Assembly (NCBI GenBank): GCA_029775855.1
Contig: JARVJZ010000005.1
Coordinates: forward strand, 32,001 to 96,000
DNA: 64,000 bases
Origin: Nitrososphaeria archaeon
GTDB taxonomy: Archaea > Thermoproteota > Nitrososphaeria > Nitrososphaerales > JAAOZN01
Direction of reading: 5' to 3'
A program made the position numbers and the translations under genes. Positions 27,751 through 37,239 of this stretch are shown here, in pieces (position 1 is the stretch's first letter; each line of letters opens with the position of its first letter). The notes beneath the pieces are model-generated. The model was not told where the DNA came from. It did not search any database and worked only from the letters and a program-made list of their open reading frames with translations.

Positions 27751-29201
27751 AGAGGCTTAGGGGTTTGTAGAGAGGTATCCCAATAACGTAGGTTGTTTTT
27801 AACATCCTTTACTTTTATTTCCTTTTTCGCTAAATAGTTTTCTATCCAAGGTTCTAATGAATGTATGTGTTTTACTTCTTCAACGTTGACATCACTTAAT
27901 GGGCATGTTTCTATTATTGCTCTTGCTTGTTTAAGTCCAAGATACTTTCTAGTATAGTATCTCGTTGACTCTCTATAAGTCGTCATGAAGTCGCTGTCAT
28001 ATTCTTTCCTAAGTTTGTTTAAGATGTAGTTAAACCAATCTTTAACAAAGACTTGTTCATCATAACTTAATCGGCTCTTGAAGAATATTTGAATGGGGTG
28101 TGTTCTGTATGTGTAATCTTTGGATACCATTATCCCATCAACGCCGAAGACTTTCTTACATTCGTATAACCCCGCTCTACCCTCAAACCTTCCAGTATCC
28201 AATGTCTTGAGGAAGAGTACATTACTTTTAATTCTGTCATGTAATTCTTTATTAACCTTCGCTACAACTTTACTGTAATTATTTACGTCAAGTAAAGTGA
28301 CCTCATATTCGCCTTTATTGGCTTCAACATCCTTTTTCAAGAGATAATACTCAAAATGTAGGGGGTTATCTGCTTTAAACTGTTCAATGAATTCATAGAA
28401 CTCAGAGCCAGCCCTCCACTTAAACTTCTTTGATAGTTTATAAGCCCTCTTCTTTTCACCGTCTTTTGAAATTTTGGTTGCGTATACTATTTGGTCTGCT
28501 TCAGATGGTATAGCCTTCTTTTCGAAGAAGCATACACAGGTATTGGTTCCAGTGTCTGAGAAGACTTTTTTCTCAAAGATAAATAAATCCACAAGGTTGT
28601 AATATTTGAAGATTAGTTGCCTTATGTGGTTAGCATTTGCATCCCCGAAGAGGAAGTTAGTTGGTATTATGTATATCATCTTGTCTAACCCTTTCATCAA
28701 ATCGTTAAATAATGCAACCTGGTACAGATCTTGAAGCGGCTCCCTCTTTCCTTTAAAGTATTGGAGTAGGTCTCTTGTCTTTTCTGTCTTAGGCATATAA
28801 CCCTTGTAGAGATAAGGCGGATTAGTTATATGGTATAGTGGGTAAGAGTATTCAAAACTCGGAAATTCTTTAAGGGTATCAAGCTGTATTAGATTCTTCT
28901 TTATTAACTCATCTTTTACGCCTATTTGTCTTAATCTATCTGCGAAGAGCGAAAGAGCATGTTCATCTATATCAAAGCATCTTATGTGCTCAGAGAAGAA
29001 TTTATTCCTATTATTCTCTTCAATAGCTTTGACTATTGGTATAATTAAATCGCCTTTACCGCAGTATAGGTCAATCCAAGTATAATCCCATAAACTATCC
29101 TTAAGTTTTGGCAAGACACACTTACGGAAGACTTCAGATGGAGTATAGAATAACCCCCTTTTCTTTTTAAGAATTTTTGCCCTCAAGTCTATTTTCAACA
29201 C
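27681..29201 (-). CDS. N6-adenine DNA methyltransferase (gamma class, motif I before NPPY)
   Basis: GLFYTP, WIDLYCGKGDL (motif I), ITNPPY (motif IV), DLYQ, IIPTNFL, VFSDT; last ~45 aa probably read-through into the endonuclease remnant. Confidence 0.9.
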   Translation of the reverse strand: MLKIDLRAKILKKKRGLFYTPSEVFRKCVLPKLKDSLWDYTWIDLYCGKGDLIIPIVKAIEENNRNKFFSEHIRCFDIDEHALSLFADRLRQIGVKDELIKKNLIQLDTLKEFPSFEYSYPLYHITNPPYLYKGYMPKTEKTRDLLQYFKGKREPLQDLYQVALFNDLMKGLDKMIYIIPTNFLFGDANANHIRQLIFKYYNLVDLFIFEKKVFSDTGTNTCVCFFEKKAIPSEADQIVYATKISKDGEKKRAYKLSKKFKWRAGSEFYEFIEQFKADNPLHFEYYLLKKDVEANKGEYEVTLLDVNNYSKVVAKVNKELHDRIKSNVLFLKTLDTGRFEGRAGLYECKKVFGVDGIMVSKDYTYRTHPIQIFFKSRLSYDEQVFVKDWFNYILNKLRKEYDSDFMTTYRESTRYYTRKYLGLKQARAIIETCPLSDVNVEEVKHIHSLEPWIENYLAKKEIKVKDVKNNLRYWDTSLQTPKPLNRRKLSCRCRNNRPANESNQGY

Positions 29202-29504
29202 ACCACCTTTCTACTTTATCTTCTTTGGAGCTTCTCTATGTCCTCAGCCGTTATTTCATGGTCTTTAAGCATTATAGTTTTACCAAAAGGATGCACCCCT
29301 AATAATAGAAGCCGCACTAATATCTGTAGCACGAGCAAACAGTCTTCCACTAAATGGGACGAATTGGGGTAGTTTTTCCACACCAATATCCCAAACTTCT
29401 AGTTATGCAACAGTCGATTATCTACTTACCCCATCGCACCGCATCGGCTCATCCTTTTTGGCTCATGTTTATAATGCAATAAAGGGCACTCTTAGAAACC
29501 TTAG

Positions 29505-29578
29505 AGCCTCGGGGGGGATTTGAACCCCCGGCGGCTTGCTTACAAGGCAAGTGCTCTGCCGGGCTGAGCTACCGAGGC
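29505..29578 (-). tRNA. tRNA-Thr(UGU), CCA not encoded
   Basis: Acceptor GCCTCGG/CCGAGGC, D arm GCTC/GAGC, anticodon arm CTTGC-CT TGT AA-GCAAG, T arm GGGGG-TTCAAAT-CCCCC. Confidence 0.95.
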
Positions 29579-29604
29579 GCGTATTTTGGTTGTTTTGTTT
29601 TGCT

Positions 29605-29928
29605 CTATATCTTTTTCTTTTTTGCTGTGAGGTCTTTTATTATGGCTACTAGTATTTGTTGGTATTCTTCGTCGTTTAGGGTTGTTTCGGTGTATCTGTT
29701 TGTCTGCTTCGCGAGTCTAGCTGCTTCAATGTGATAGCATGTTCGGTTTGAGCTTCTTATCATGTGATAGTAGAAGTCTTTGCAGCTGCAGTATGGCTGC
29801 TCTAAGTCTATGTAGTGGTCGATTCTGCTTCCAACTACAGTCCAGAGCTCTCTACCACTGGGCTTGAATATATGCCTCTTGACCCTACCCGATGCAACCA
29901 CTTCATCAACTTTACTATGCTGAGCCAA
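29605..29928 (-). CDS. SWIM zinc-finger protein
   Basis: YCSCKDFYY..x..CYH SWIM motif; start moved to TTG 29928 to avoid overlap with the divergent gene. Confidence 0.8.
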   Translation of the reverse strand: MAQHSKVDEVVASGRVKRHIFKPSGRELWTVVGSRIDHYIDLEQPYCSCKDFYYHMIRSSNRTCYHIEAARLAKQTNRYTETTLNDEEYQQILVAIIKDLTAKKKKI

Positions 29929-29953
29929 CGAGCCTTTAATATAACGAATATAC

Positions 29954-30724
29954 ATGCTTTTAATGTTGGCGAAGAGTAAGATTACGCTTCTTCACCCACA
30001 CCCCGCACTCCTCATAGAAGAAGATGACATACACCACCTTATCATCGCTGACCTACACATAGGGTTTGAAGAGCGGTTCAAGGCTGCTGGGGTTAAACTA
30101 CGCCTCTCAACACAAGCCATGCTTAACGAAATCACAGAAATCTGCACACAGCAGAGAATCGATGAAATAATTATACTAGGCGATGTAAAGTTTACAGTAG
30201 GAAGGGTTAGCGCATTAGAGCGCAGAGAGGTTCCTATCTTCTTAGAGCAGGTATCGAGATTAGCTAAAACAACAATTGTATTGGGAAACCACGACGGCAC
30301 TCTTTCAACCCTTATACCTCGTGGAGTTTCTCTCCACACAGAGCCTCATATGATTATACGGGATATTTGCCTCCTTCACGGGCATACTAAGCTTCCAGAA
30401 CTGCTTACAGATGTAAGTAGGGTTGTGATGGGGCATATACACCCAACCTATCTGAGAGAAGGTAGTGTGTTATCTGGTAAACATGTCTGGCTGGTGCTCA
30501 AAGTTAGAAGAGAAGCCCTATGGAGCAAGCAGAGTGGAGTTATAGAGATCTATGTGTTGCCGCCTCTCAACAGGGAACTTTCATATGTGGGCTTCGCGGG
30601 GAGAACGGGCAAGATCATATCACCAATCATAAGGAGAGCTTTGAAGGGTATATGTGATGCCTTGGTCTTAACGGTTGAAGGTGAAATAGTTGGTTATGTT
30701 GACGCATTACCTTATGTCATCTAA
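29954..30724 (+). CDS. Calcineurin-like metallophosphoesterase (COG1407-like)
   Basis: ADLHIG, LGDVK, GNHDG, HGH, GHIHP motifs. Confidence 0.9.
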   Translation: MLLMLAKSKITLLHPHPALLIEEDDIHHLIIADLHIGFEERFKAAGVKLRLSTQAMLNEITEICTQQRIDEIIILGDVKFTVGRVSALERREVPIFLEQVSRLAKTTIVLGNHDGTLSTLIPRGVSLHTEPHMIIRDICLLHGHTKLPELLTDVSRVVMGHIHPTYLREGSVLSGKHVWLVLKVRREALWSKQSGVIEIYVLPPLNRELSYVGFAGRTGKIISPIIRRALKGICDALVLTVEGEIVGYVDALPYVI

Positions 30725-31461
30725 CCTCGCTCAAAATATACTTTAACACTAGCTTTAAGCACATCATCAGCCCTACCCCTACTCTTAGAGAGAGAACTAC
30801 AGCTGTCAATCTTAACTCCAGCGACTATATCAGCGCCTCTCTTAAAGAAGGGCTCAGGTGTCATACTTGAAGTAGGCCCAAGCACTATAACCTTCTCCGC
30901 ACCTTTAGCCAGCTTCAAGTAGCGCTCTAACCCACCGTAAACTAGACAGGAGCCTGTAATCAAAACGATGTCTGCTCCACTCAACACTTCTTCAGCCTTC
31001 TCAGGCGGGTAAACACCCTTCATTTTCTTCCTTTCAACGATCTTCAGACTTTTAGCTGACTTAAAGCGCCAGAATATAGGCTTAAAGTAGCCTACAACAC
31101 CAACACGCTTACCTTTAAAATCAAGCGAGTCAAGCGGGTCGCCAACCTTAAACGGAGGCGTCGGCTTAAGCGCCCAAGTAAGTGCATTTAACGCTGCTAC
31201 ACCTACAGCCCTTCTTCCAGCGACCCTACTCATACATAGTTTAGCAGCATCCAACGGATCTCTCAGCGCCAATTTAGGTGCGGTCGGTGTTAAATCATAA
31301 GGATAATATGCAACCCCGCAGACTCCTGTTGAGAGTTCAAGCAGAAGGTATCTCTTAAGCACCAGCCAACCTTTAACTTCAACCCCCTCGATGCAGCGCC
31401 CCGCGATTATCTTAAATGCTTCATCAAGTATCAATGTAAAGTAAGGTCCTTCAGATATCAA
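30721..31461 (-). CDS. DUF364 / Rossmann-like domain protein
   Basis: GVAALNAL, VGVVGYF, ADIVLITGS, LGPTSS. Confidence 0.8.
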   Translation of the reverse strand: MISEGPYFTLILDEAFKIIAGRCIEGVEVKGWLVLKRYLLLELSTGVCGVAYYPYDLTPTAPKLALRDPLDAAKLCMSRVAGRRAVGVAALNALTWALKPTPPFKVGDPLDSLDFKGKRVGVVGYFKPIFWRFKSAKSLKIVERKKMKGVYPPEKAEEVLSGADIVLITGSCLVYGGLERYLKLAKGAEKVIVLGPTSSMTPEPFFKRGADIVAGVKIDSCSSLSKSRGRADDVLKASVKVYFERG

Positions 31462-31504
31462 CTTAAATTTTTACTTAAACCGCTAATATTACGAATGCTC
31501 TGTC

Positions 31505-31520
31505 AAAAACTATTTAAAGT
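31505..31520 (+). promoter_or_regulatory. Putative BRE/TATA box for the ABC transporter operon (leaderless)
   Basis: AAAAAC-TA-TTTAAA about 25 nt upstream of the GTG at 31541. Confidence 0.45.
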
Positions 31521-31540
31521 ATACTGGATAACAGTTAGAT

Positions 31541-32842
31541 GTGAATCTTATGCTGAGTAGAAAACATAGAGGTCTATCAAACACTATAGCAGGCGCAGCT
31601 ATGATTATACTTCTTTTCATAGGTGTAGGCATAGGCTACGTTATACCAAGAGAAGCCCCAGTAGCCCAAACCATCACAGTAACAAATGTAGTGACACAGA
31701 CCGTAACTCAGACAAGAGTTGAAACAACAACCGCAACAGTGACTGCAACACAGCCCGCTACACCTATCAAGATAGGCTTTTCAGCCCCGTTAACAGGTGC
31801 AGGCGCTTTCTATGGGCAGCAGGCGCTATGGGGTGCACAGATGGCGGTCGATGAAATCAACGCCAGAGGTGGTGTGCTTAATAGGCAGCTTACATTAATA
31901 GCTGAAGATCATCGTGGTGTGCCTGCTGAGGCTGTGTCTACTGTCGAAAAGCTGATAAACGTAGATCAAGTCAGCGTGATAATAGGGACGTTCTTCAGTT
32001 CACCAACCTTGGCTGTTATGCCTATCGTGGCTAAGGCTGGTGTTCCGCTATTCTCACCCGTATCTTCAAGTCCTCTAATATATAATCAGACTGGTGTTCA
32101 GGGGAATAAATGGGTCTTCAAGACAAACCCTAGTGACACTCTGATGGTTAGAGCTTTGGCCAAGTTTATGTTCGATGTTAAAGGCTATAAGAGTGTCAGC
32201 TTAGTTGCAGAAGATACAGACTTCGGTAGGGGTATAGTAAACACGCTCGAAGCAGAAGCTGGTAAATACGGTGTGAAGGTGCTCTCCAAAGACTTTGTGG
32301 AGCAAGGAGCCAAAGACTTTACAGCAGTGCTCACCAAGATTAGGGGTTTGAAGCCTGATGTCATAGGGCTTGGCATCACGGGCACGGCGCAGATCGAACT
32401 TATTGTGAAGCAGAGCAAGGAATTAGGGGTAAAGATACCGTTGAGTGGTAGATATGACATCTTCGCACCTGAGCTAAAACCATACATAGAGGCTGGAGAA
32501 GCAGAGGGCTTCAACACTGTTACACCATACTCGCCACTATTTGAGGGAGGCAGAAACCCAGAGTTCGTTAAATCGTTTAAGGCTAGAACTGGGCAAGACC
32601 CGCACTGGAATGCTTTCTTAGCATACGAATGCGTCTATGTTGTAGCTAAAGCTATTCAGAAAGCTGGCTCATCTGATAGAGCTGCGATAAGGAATGCTGC
32701 TGAAGGCTTGGAATACGATTCAGTGACAGGGTTAAAACTCAAATTCGACGAAAACAACCATATGTTCCCATACTGCTACATCATCGAGGTCAAAGACAAG
32801 AAGTTCAACCTTCAAGTGATTGAAACCGCTGCTCTAAAGTAG
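31541..32842 (+). CDS. livK: Branched-chain amino acid-type ABC transporter substrate-binding protein
   Basis: IKIGFSAPLTG, AVDEINARGG, EDTDFG; N-terminal TM and Thr/Val-rich linker. Confidence 0.9.
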   Translation: MNLMLSRKHRGLSNTIAGAAMIILLFIGVGIGYVIPREAPVAQTITVTNVVTQTVTQTRVETTTATVTATQPATPIKIGFSAPLTGAGAFYGQQALWGAQMAVDEINARGGVLNRQLTLIAEDHRGVPAEAVSTVEKLINVDQVSVIIGTFFSSPTLAVMPIVAKAGVPLFSPVSSSPLIYNQTGVQGNKWVFKTNPSDTLMVRALAKFMFDVKGYKSVSLVAEDTDFGRGIVNTLEAEAGKYGVKVLSKDFVEQGAKDFTAVLTKIRGLKPDVIGLGITGTAQIELIVKQSKELGVKIPLSGRYDIFAPELKPYIEAGEAEGFNTVTPYSPLFEGGRNPEFVKSFKARTGQDPHWNAFLAYECVYVVAKAIQKAGSSDRAAIRNAAEGLEYDSVTGLKLKFDENNHMFPYCYIIEVKDKKFNLQVIETAALK

Positions 32843-32845
32843 CAG

Positions 32846-32863
32846 CTCCCCCTTTTTTTATTT
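32846..32863 (+). terminator. Oligo-T intra-operon terminator after the SBP gene
   Basis: CCCCC-TTTTTTT-ATTT directly after the stop codon. Confidence 0.45.
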
Positions 32864-32864
32864 A

Positions 32865-33752
32865 GTGAGAAACTTGTCTGCTGAAATAATATTCACTCAA
32901 CATCTTGTAAACGGTCTACTCTTAAGCGGCATATACGGTTTAGTAGCCGTAGGACTTACTTTAATCTATGGTGTGCTAGAGATAGTCAACTTTGCACACG
33001 GCGAGTTCTACATGCTCGGCGCATACCTCACATTTATAGCCTCTGCTTGGCTCGGACTACCGTATTATGCGAGCGTCATCTTAGCAGTCCTGTCTTCAGC
33101 TTTTATCGCTCTAATAGTTGAGAGAGGTGCGATAAGACCGATTGTAGAAAGGTCTTTTGAAAGTAAGGTGCTCAGCACCTTCGCAATCTCAATGATCTTA
33201 GCGAATGCGGTGCTCCTACTTTTTACAGCAACACCACGAACTGTAAGAACCGGCATAGCTGGCACCATCGAGTTTGCTGGCGTATTTTTTAGCGTTGAGC
33301 GTGTCGTGGCTCTGCTTACAGGCTACTTAGCTTTCTTGGCTTTACATATGTTTCTTCAGAGAACGAGGTTGGGTAAGGCTATTCGGGCGGTTGCTCAGAA
33401 TAGGGATGCGTGTTATGTTGTTGGTATAGATCTTCATAAGATGGCTCGCTTAACGTTTGCGTTAGGTATAGGTTTGGCTGGGTTGGCGGGTGCTCTTATC
33501 GCACCTATCTTCTCTATTGAGCCGAGCATGGGTCAAGCTGTTGTTTTGAAGGCTTTTGCCATAGTTATTGTTGGCGGCTTTGGTAGTGTGAAAGGTGCAG
33601 CTTTAGCTGCTCTAATAGTGGGTTTAGGTGAGAGCTTGGTTGGAGGTTATGTTTCAGCTACGCTGAAGGATGGTTTAGCCTTCCTCATAATCATACTCGT
33701 ATTAATCATTAGGCCCCAAGGTATCTTTGGTAGAGCGACTAGGGTGCTTTAG
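32865..33752 (+). CDS. livH: ABC permease LivH
   Basis: GLTLIYGVLEIVNFAHGEF, GKAIRAVAQN, IVGGFGS, RPQGIFG. Confidence 0.92.
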   Translation: MRNLSAEIIFTQHLVNGLLLSGIYGLVAVGLTLIYGVLEIVNFAHGEFYMLGAYLTFIASAWLGLPYYASVILAVLSSAFIALIVERGAIRPIVERSFESKVLSTFAISMILANAVLLLFTATPRTVRTGIAGTIEFAGVFFSVERVVALLTGYLAFLALHMFLQRTRLGKAIRAVAQNRDACYVVGIDLHKMARLTFALGIGLAGLAGALIAPIFSIEPSMGQAVVLKAFAIVIVGGFGSVKGAALAALIVGLGESLVGGYVSATLKDGLAFLIIILVLIIRPQGIFGRATRVL

Positions 33753-33753
33753 T

Positions 33754-34746
33754 ATGGCTTTCCGCTTAGACGCAAAGAAGGTAGGAAGGCTGACGCTCTA
33801 TTGTGCTGTAGTTGTGGCGGTTCTCATAGTGCCATTCTTTATCCAATCACCTTACATCTTACACATCCTAATTTTAGCCGGAATCTACCTTATATTGGCT
33901 CAGAGCCTTAACCTTATGCTTGGTTATGTGGGTTTTCTCTCTCTGGCTCAAACAGCCTTCTTCGGAATAGGGGCATATACATCAACCATCTTAACCGTAT
34001 CTTATAAGCAGCCGTTCTGGATTGGGCTTCTACTAGCCATAATCTTTCCCTCAATTATCGCTGCGGTTGTAGGCATACCCTTCCTAAGGCTCTCTAGGCA
34101 CTCATTCGTTATATCGACTTTAGGGTTCTTGCTTATCTGTTGGCTCATTGCTAGAAATTGGGTTGAAGTGACTAGAGGACCCTTAGGTATACCCGGCATA
34201 CCTTCTCCAACTCTCAACCTATTTGGTGTTTTGGAGCTCGACTTTTCAAGCAGACCAGCTTACTACATGCTTGTGATGCTCTTAGTTTTAATCATAATCT
34301 TATTCCTAATTAAACTGGTAAATTCACGTATAGGTAGAGCGTTTATCGCCATAAGGGAGGATGAGGCTTTGGCGCAGTCTGTAGGGATAAATACCTTAAA
34401 GTATAAGTTGGTTGCCTTCTCAATATCAGCTGCTATAGCTGGTGTAGCTGGAAGCCTCTTCGCCCACTACATAACTTTTCTTGATCCAACAGTATTCGAG
34501 TTTTATAACCTTGAGAATATTCTAGTGATAACTTTAGTGGGAGGCTCAGGCACTGTAGGTGGACCTATATTGGGCTCAATAATATTTACAATCCTACCTG
34601 AGGCTTTAAGGGTTGCTAAGGAGTTTAGGCTGATTGTTTATGGCGTCATACTGCTCTTTACAGTCCTTTTGATGCCTGAGGGCATAGGTGGTCGATTCAA
34701 AGCATATATGCACAAAAGAAGGTTAAAGGGGGTTTACGCATCTTGA
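33754..34746 (+). CDS. livM: ABC permease LivM
   Basis: SLAQTAFFGIGAY, GRAFIAIREDE, GGSGT..GP, PEGIG; ATG at 33754 chosen. Confidence 0.92.
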   Translation: MAFRLDAKKVGRLTLYCAVVVAVLIVPFFIQSPYILHILILAGIYLILAQSLNLMLGYVGFLSLAQTAFFGIGAYTSTILTVSYKQPFWIGLLLAIIFPSIIAAVVGIPFLRLSRHSFVISTLGFLLICWLIARNWVEVTRGPLGIPGIPSPTLNLFGVLELDFSSRPAYYMLVMLLVLIIILFLIKLVNSRIGRAFIAIREDEALAQSVGINTLKYKLVAFSISAAIAGVAGSLFAHYITFLDPTVFEFYNLENILVITLVGGSGTVGGPILGSIIFTILPEALRVAKEFRLIVYGVILLFTVLLMPEGIGGRFKAYMHKRRLKGVYAS

Positions 34747-35498
34747 GCCTATTAAAGACCGAAGGCGTAGTGAAGAAGTTCTACGGTTTGGTTGCGGTAG
34801 ACCAAGTAGATCTAGAAATTAATGAAGGGGAAATAGTTGGACTCATAGGCCCGAATGGCTCAGGCAAAACTACATTATTTGACTGCATAACAGGTTTCCT
34901 TAAAGTGGATGCTGGGCGTGTATTATTCAAAGACAAGGACATAACCAACAAGATGCCTTATGAAATATCCCTGCTGGGCATTTCAAGAACCTTTCAGAAT
35001 GCTCGCCTCTTCCTCAAGCTGACAGTTGAACAAAACATGATGATAGCCATCCAACAACATCAACGTATATCGTCTTTAAGCGCCCTAGCATCAAGGAGGA
35101 AGGTTAAGGAACTAGAGAGGGAGGCTTCTGAGCGCGCTGATGCTCTGCTTAAACTTGTGGGGTTAGATAGGTTAAGCCAAGAGTATGCTGGCAACTTATC
35201 TTATGGGCAAAGGAAGCTCTTGAGCTTCGCTATGGCTCTCATACCATATCCTAAACTAGTTTTGCTTGATGAGCCTGCTGCTGCGGTTAACCCTACTATG
35301 ATAGAGAAGACGAAGGTTCTCATAAAGGAGCTTAACCGCAAGGGTCTAACCTTCTTCATAATAGAGCATAATATGGAGGTTATAATGAACATATGCGATA
35401 GAGTCATCGTGCTCAACCACGGGGTAAAGATTGCTGACGGAGCCCCAGACGAAGTTAGAGCCAACCCTAAAGTTATAGAAGCGTATCTGGGTGAATGA
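34743..35498 (+). CDS. livG: ABC ATPase LivG
   Basis: GPNGSGKTT, SRTFQ, LSYGQ, LLDEP, IEHNM, VIEAYLG. Confidence 0.95.
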   Translation: MSLLKTEGVVKKFYGLVAVDQVDLEINEGEIVGLIGPNGSGKTTLFDCITGFLKVDAGRVLFKDKDITNKMPYEISLLGISRTFQNARLFLKLTVEQNMMIAIQQHQRISSLSALASRRKVKELEREASERADALLKLVGLDRLSQEYAGNLSYGQRKLLSFAMALIPYPKLVLLDEPAAAVNPTMIEKTKVLIKELNRKGLTFFIIEHNMEVIMNICDRVIVLNHGVKIADGAPDEVRANPKVIEAYLGE

Positions 35499-36213
35499 TA
35501 TGCGTAAAACACTTCTGAAGATCGAAGGGTTATCCTCTGGCTACGGTGGCATTGACATACTGAAGGATGTCTCCTTTGAAGTAAAGGAATTTGAAGTAGC
35601 TTGTATAATAGGGCCTAACGGCGCAGGCAAATCTACCTTAATAAAGACTGTATATGGACTACTGAAGCCGTCATCAGGAAAGATCACCTTTAAAGACGAA
35701 GACATAACAGGCTTGAGCCCCTTAAACATATTAAAGAAAGGAATCTCATATCTTCCTCAAGGCAGAGCAATCTTCCCACTTATGACTGTTCAAGAGAATC
35801 TGGAGATGGGCGTATTTAGCAGAAGAGACACAAAAATAAAAGAGGACATAGCAAAGATCTATGACAAGTTCCCTATTTTAAAAGAGCGGCGAAACCAGTT
35901 GGCTGGAAACTTGAGCGGCGGAGAGCAGCAGATACTCGCCATCGCTATGGCGCTTTTACTATCTCCCACGCTTATGATGCTGGATGAGCCTTCGCTTGGG
36001 CTTTCACCACAGAGTATGAGTATAATCTTTGAGACTATAAAGGCACTTAATAAAGATGGAATAACGCTGCTTATGGTTGAGCAGAATGCGAAGAAGGCTC
36101 TTCAGCTGGCAGACCACGCAATAGTGCTTGAGCTTGGAAGAAAGAGGTTTGAAGGTAGTGGGCAGGAGGTTCTATCTAATCCTGAGCTTAAGAAGCTTTA
36201 TCTAGGTGGTTAG
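35491..36213 (+). CDS. livF: ABC ATPase LivF
   Basis: GPNGAGKST, LSGGEQQ, LDEPSLGL, VEQNA, YLGG. Confidence 0.95.
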   Translation: MNDMRKTLLKIEGLSSGYGGIDILKDVSFEVKEFEVACIIGPNGAGKSTLIKTVYGLLKPSSGKITFKDEDITGLSPLNILKKGISYLPQGRAIFPLMTVQENLEMGVFSRRDTKIKEDIAKIYDKFPILKERRNQLAGNLSGGEQQILAIAMALLLSPTLMMLDEPSLGLSPQSMSIIFETIKALNKDGITLLMVEQNAKKALQLADHAIVLELGRKRFEGSGQEVLSNPELKKLYLGG

Positions 36214-37226
36214 AGTCTGTTAAGATCCTTGCTTTTTATATTCTTACTTATAAGTTCTTTATAGCTGAGCGCCGCTAAAGAAGCCCCGCATATCGTTAAC
36301 GGTAGATGATATGTTACGATTCTCCAAGCGATTACCTTAGCCCAGCTGCTCAAGCCTAATATATTTGCTGCAAAGTATTTCATCGTTAACTCTGATATAC
36401 CTGAGCCCCCCAGCGTGATAGGCATGTTTCCTACTACAAGTGAAATGTAGAATCCACTTATGGAGAGCAGCAGCCCATTTAGGTTAGGTGCGCCGCCCAC
36501 AATAAAATAGGTTACAGCACCGCTTAGCAAGATCATTAGTAATGTGCAAGCTGCTGCTCCTAAAGCTCGTTTAACCGTGAAGACACTTCTGAGGCTGCTT
36601 GCTGAGTTATGGTATGAGAGTAAGGTCTGCTCTAAAGATCTTACTATCCTTGCACCCCGCTCTACACCTAAAAGACGGCTGATTGAATTAAGAAGCCAAG
36701 TAGGTAGGCAAATAACTTTCTTCCTCGAGTAGATAAAGATGAAAGTAAAAAAGGCAGTAGTCCCGGTTGAGATTAAAGCGGACAATAAGGCTAGCAAGTA
36801 TTCACCAATCATAACCAAGTAGTAAGTTGAAATATAGATCACCAAAGCTGTTGAAGCTACATCAAAATAGATCTCTAAGAAGACAAGCCAAGCAGCTTTA
36901 CCGAGCTCCACATTCTTAGCCTTCAACCAAGCGATTCGAACCGCTTCTCCACCAACAAAGGTTGGTGTGGTTAAACTCACGAACTCAGATGAAATCCTCG
37001 CTAACACGCTGCTTAAAACGCTTCTATGGGTTAAGCCGCTTGTCAATATGTGAAAGCGAATCCCCTGCGTGATCAGCCTTAAAACCACCAAGCTGCCGGA
37101 CGCTAATAATGTTGCCACCTCTAAAGAGGCTACATCTTCAAACCTAACGCCGAAGAGCAGAGAATAGAGAATGATGAAGCCTATGCTTAAAGCGATAGCT
37201 GCTGGCGTAGCCTTCGCAAGCTTCAA
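36210..37226 (-). CDS. UPF0104 / lysylphosphatidylglycerol-synthase-TM (flippase-like) membrane protein
   Basis: TTPTFVGGEAVR, PITLGGSGISE, WRIVTY motifs; polytopic. Confidence 0.8.
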   Translation of the reverse strand: MKLAKATPAAIALSIGFIILYSLLFGVRFEDVASLEVATLLASGSLVVLRLITQGIRFHILTSGLTHRSVLSSVLARISSEFVSLTTPTFVGGEAVRIAWLKAKNVELGKAAWLVFLEIYFDVASTALVIYISTYYLVMIGEYLLALLSALISTGTTAFFTFIFIYSRKKVICLPTWLLNSISRLLGVERGARIVRSLEQTLLSYHNSASSLRSVFTVKRALGAAACTLLMILLSGAVTYFIVGGAPNLNGLLLSISGFYISLVVGNMPITLGGSGISELTMKYFAANILGLSSWAKVIAWRIVTYHLPLTICGASLAALSYKELISKNIKSKDLNRL

Positions 37227-37239
37227 ATCTAAGACTACT

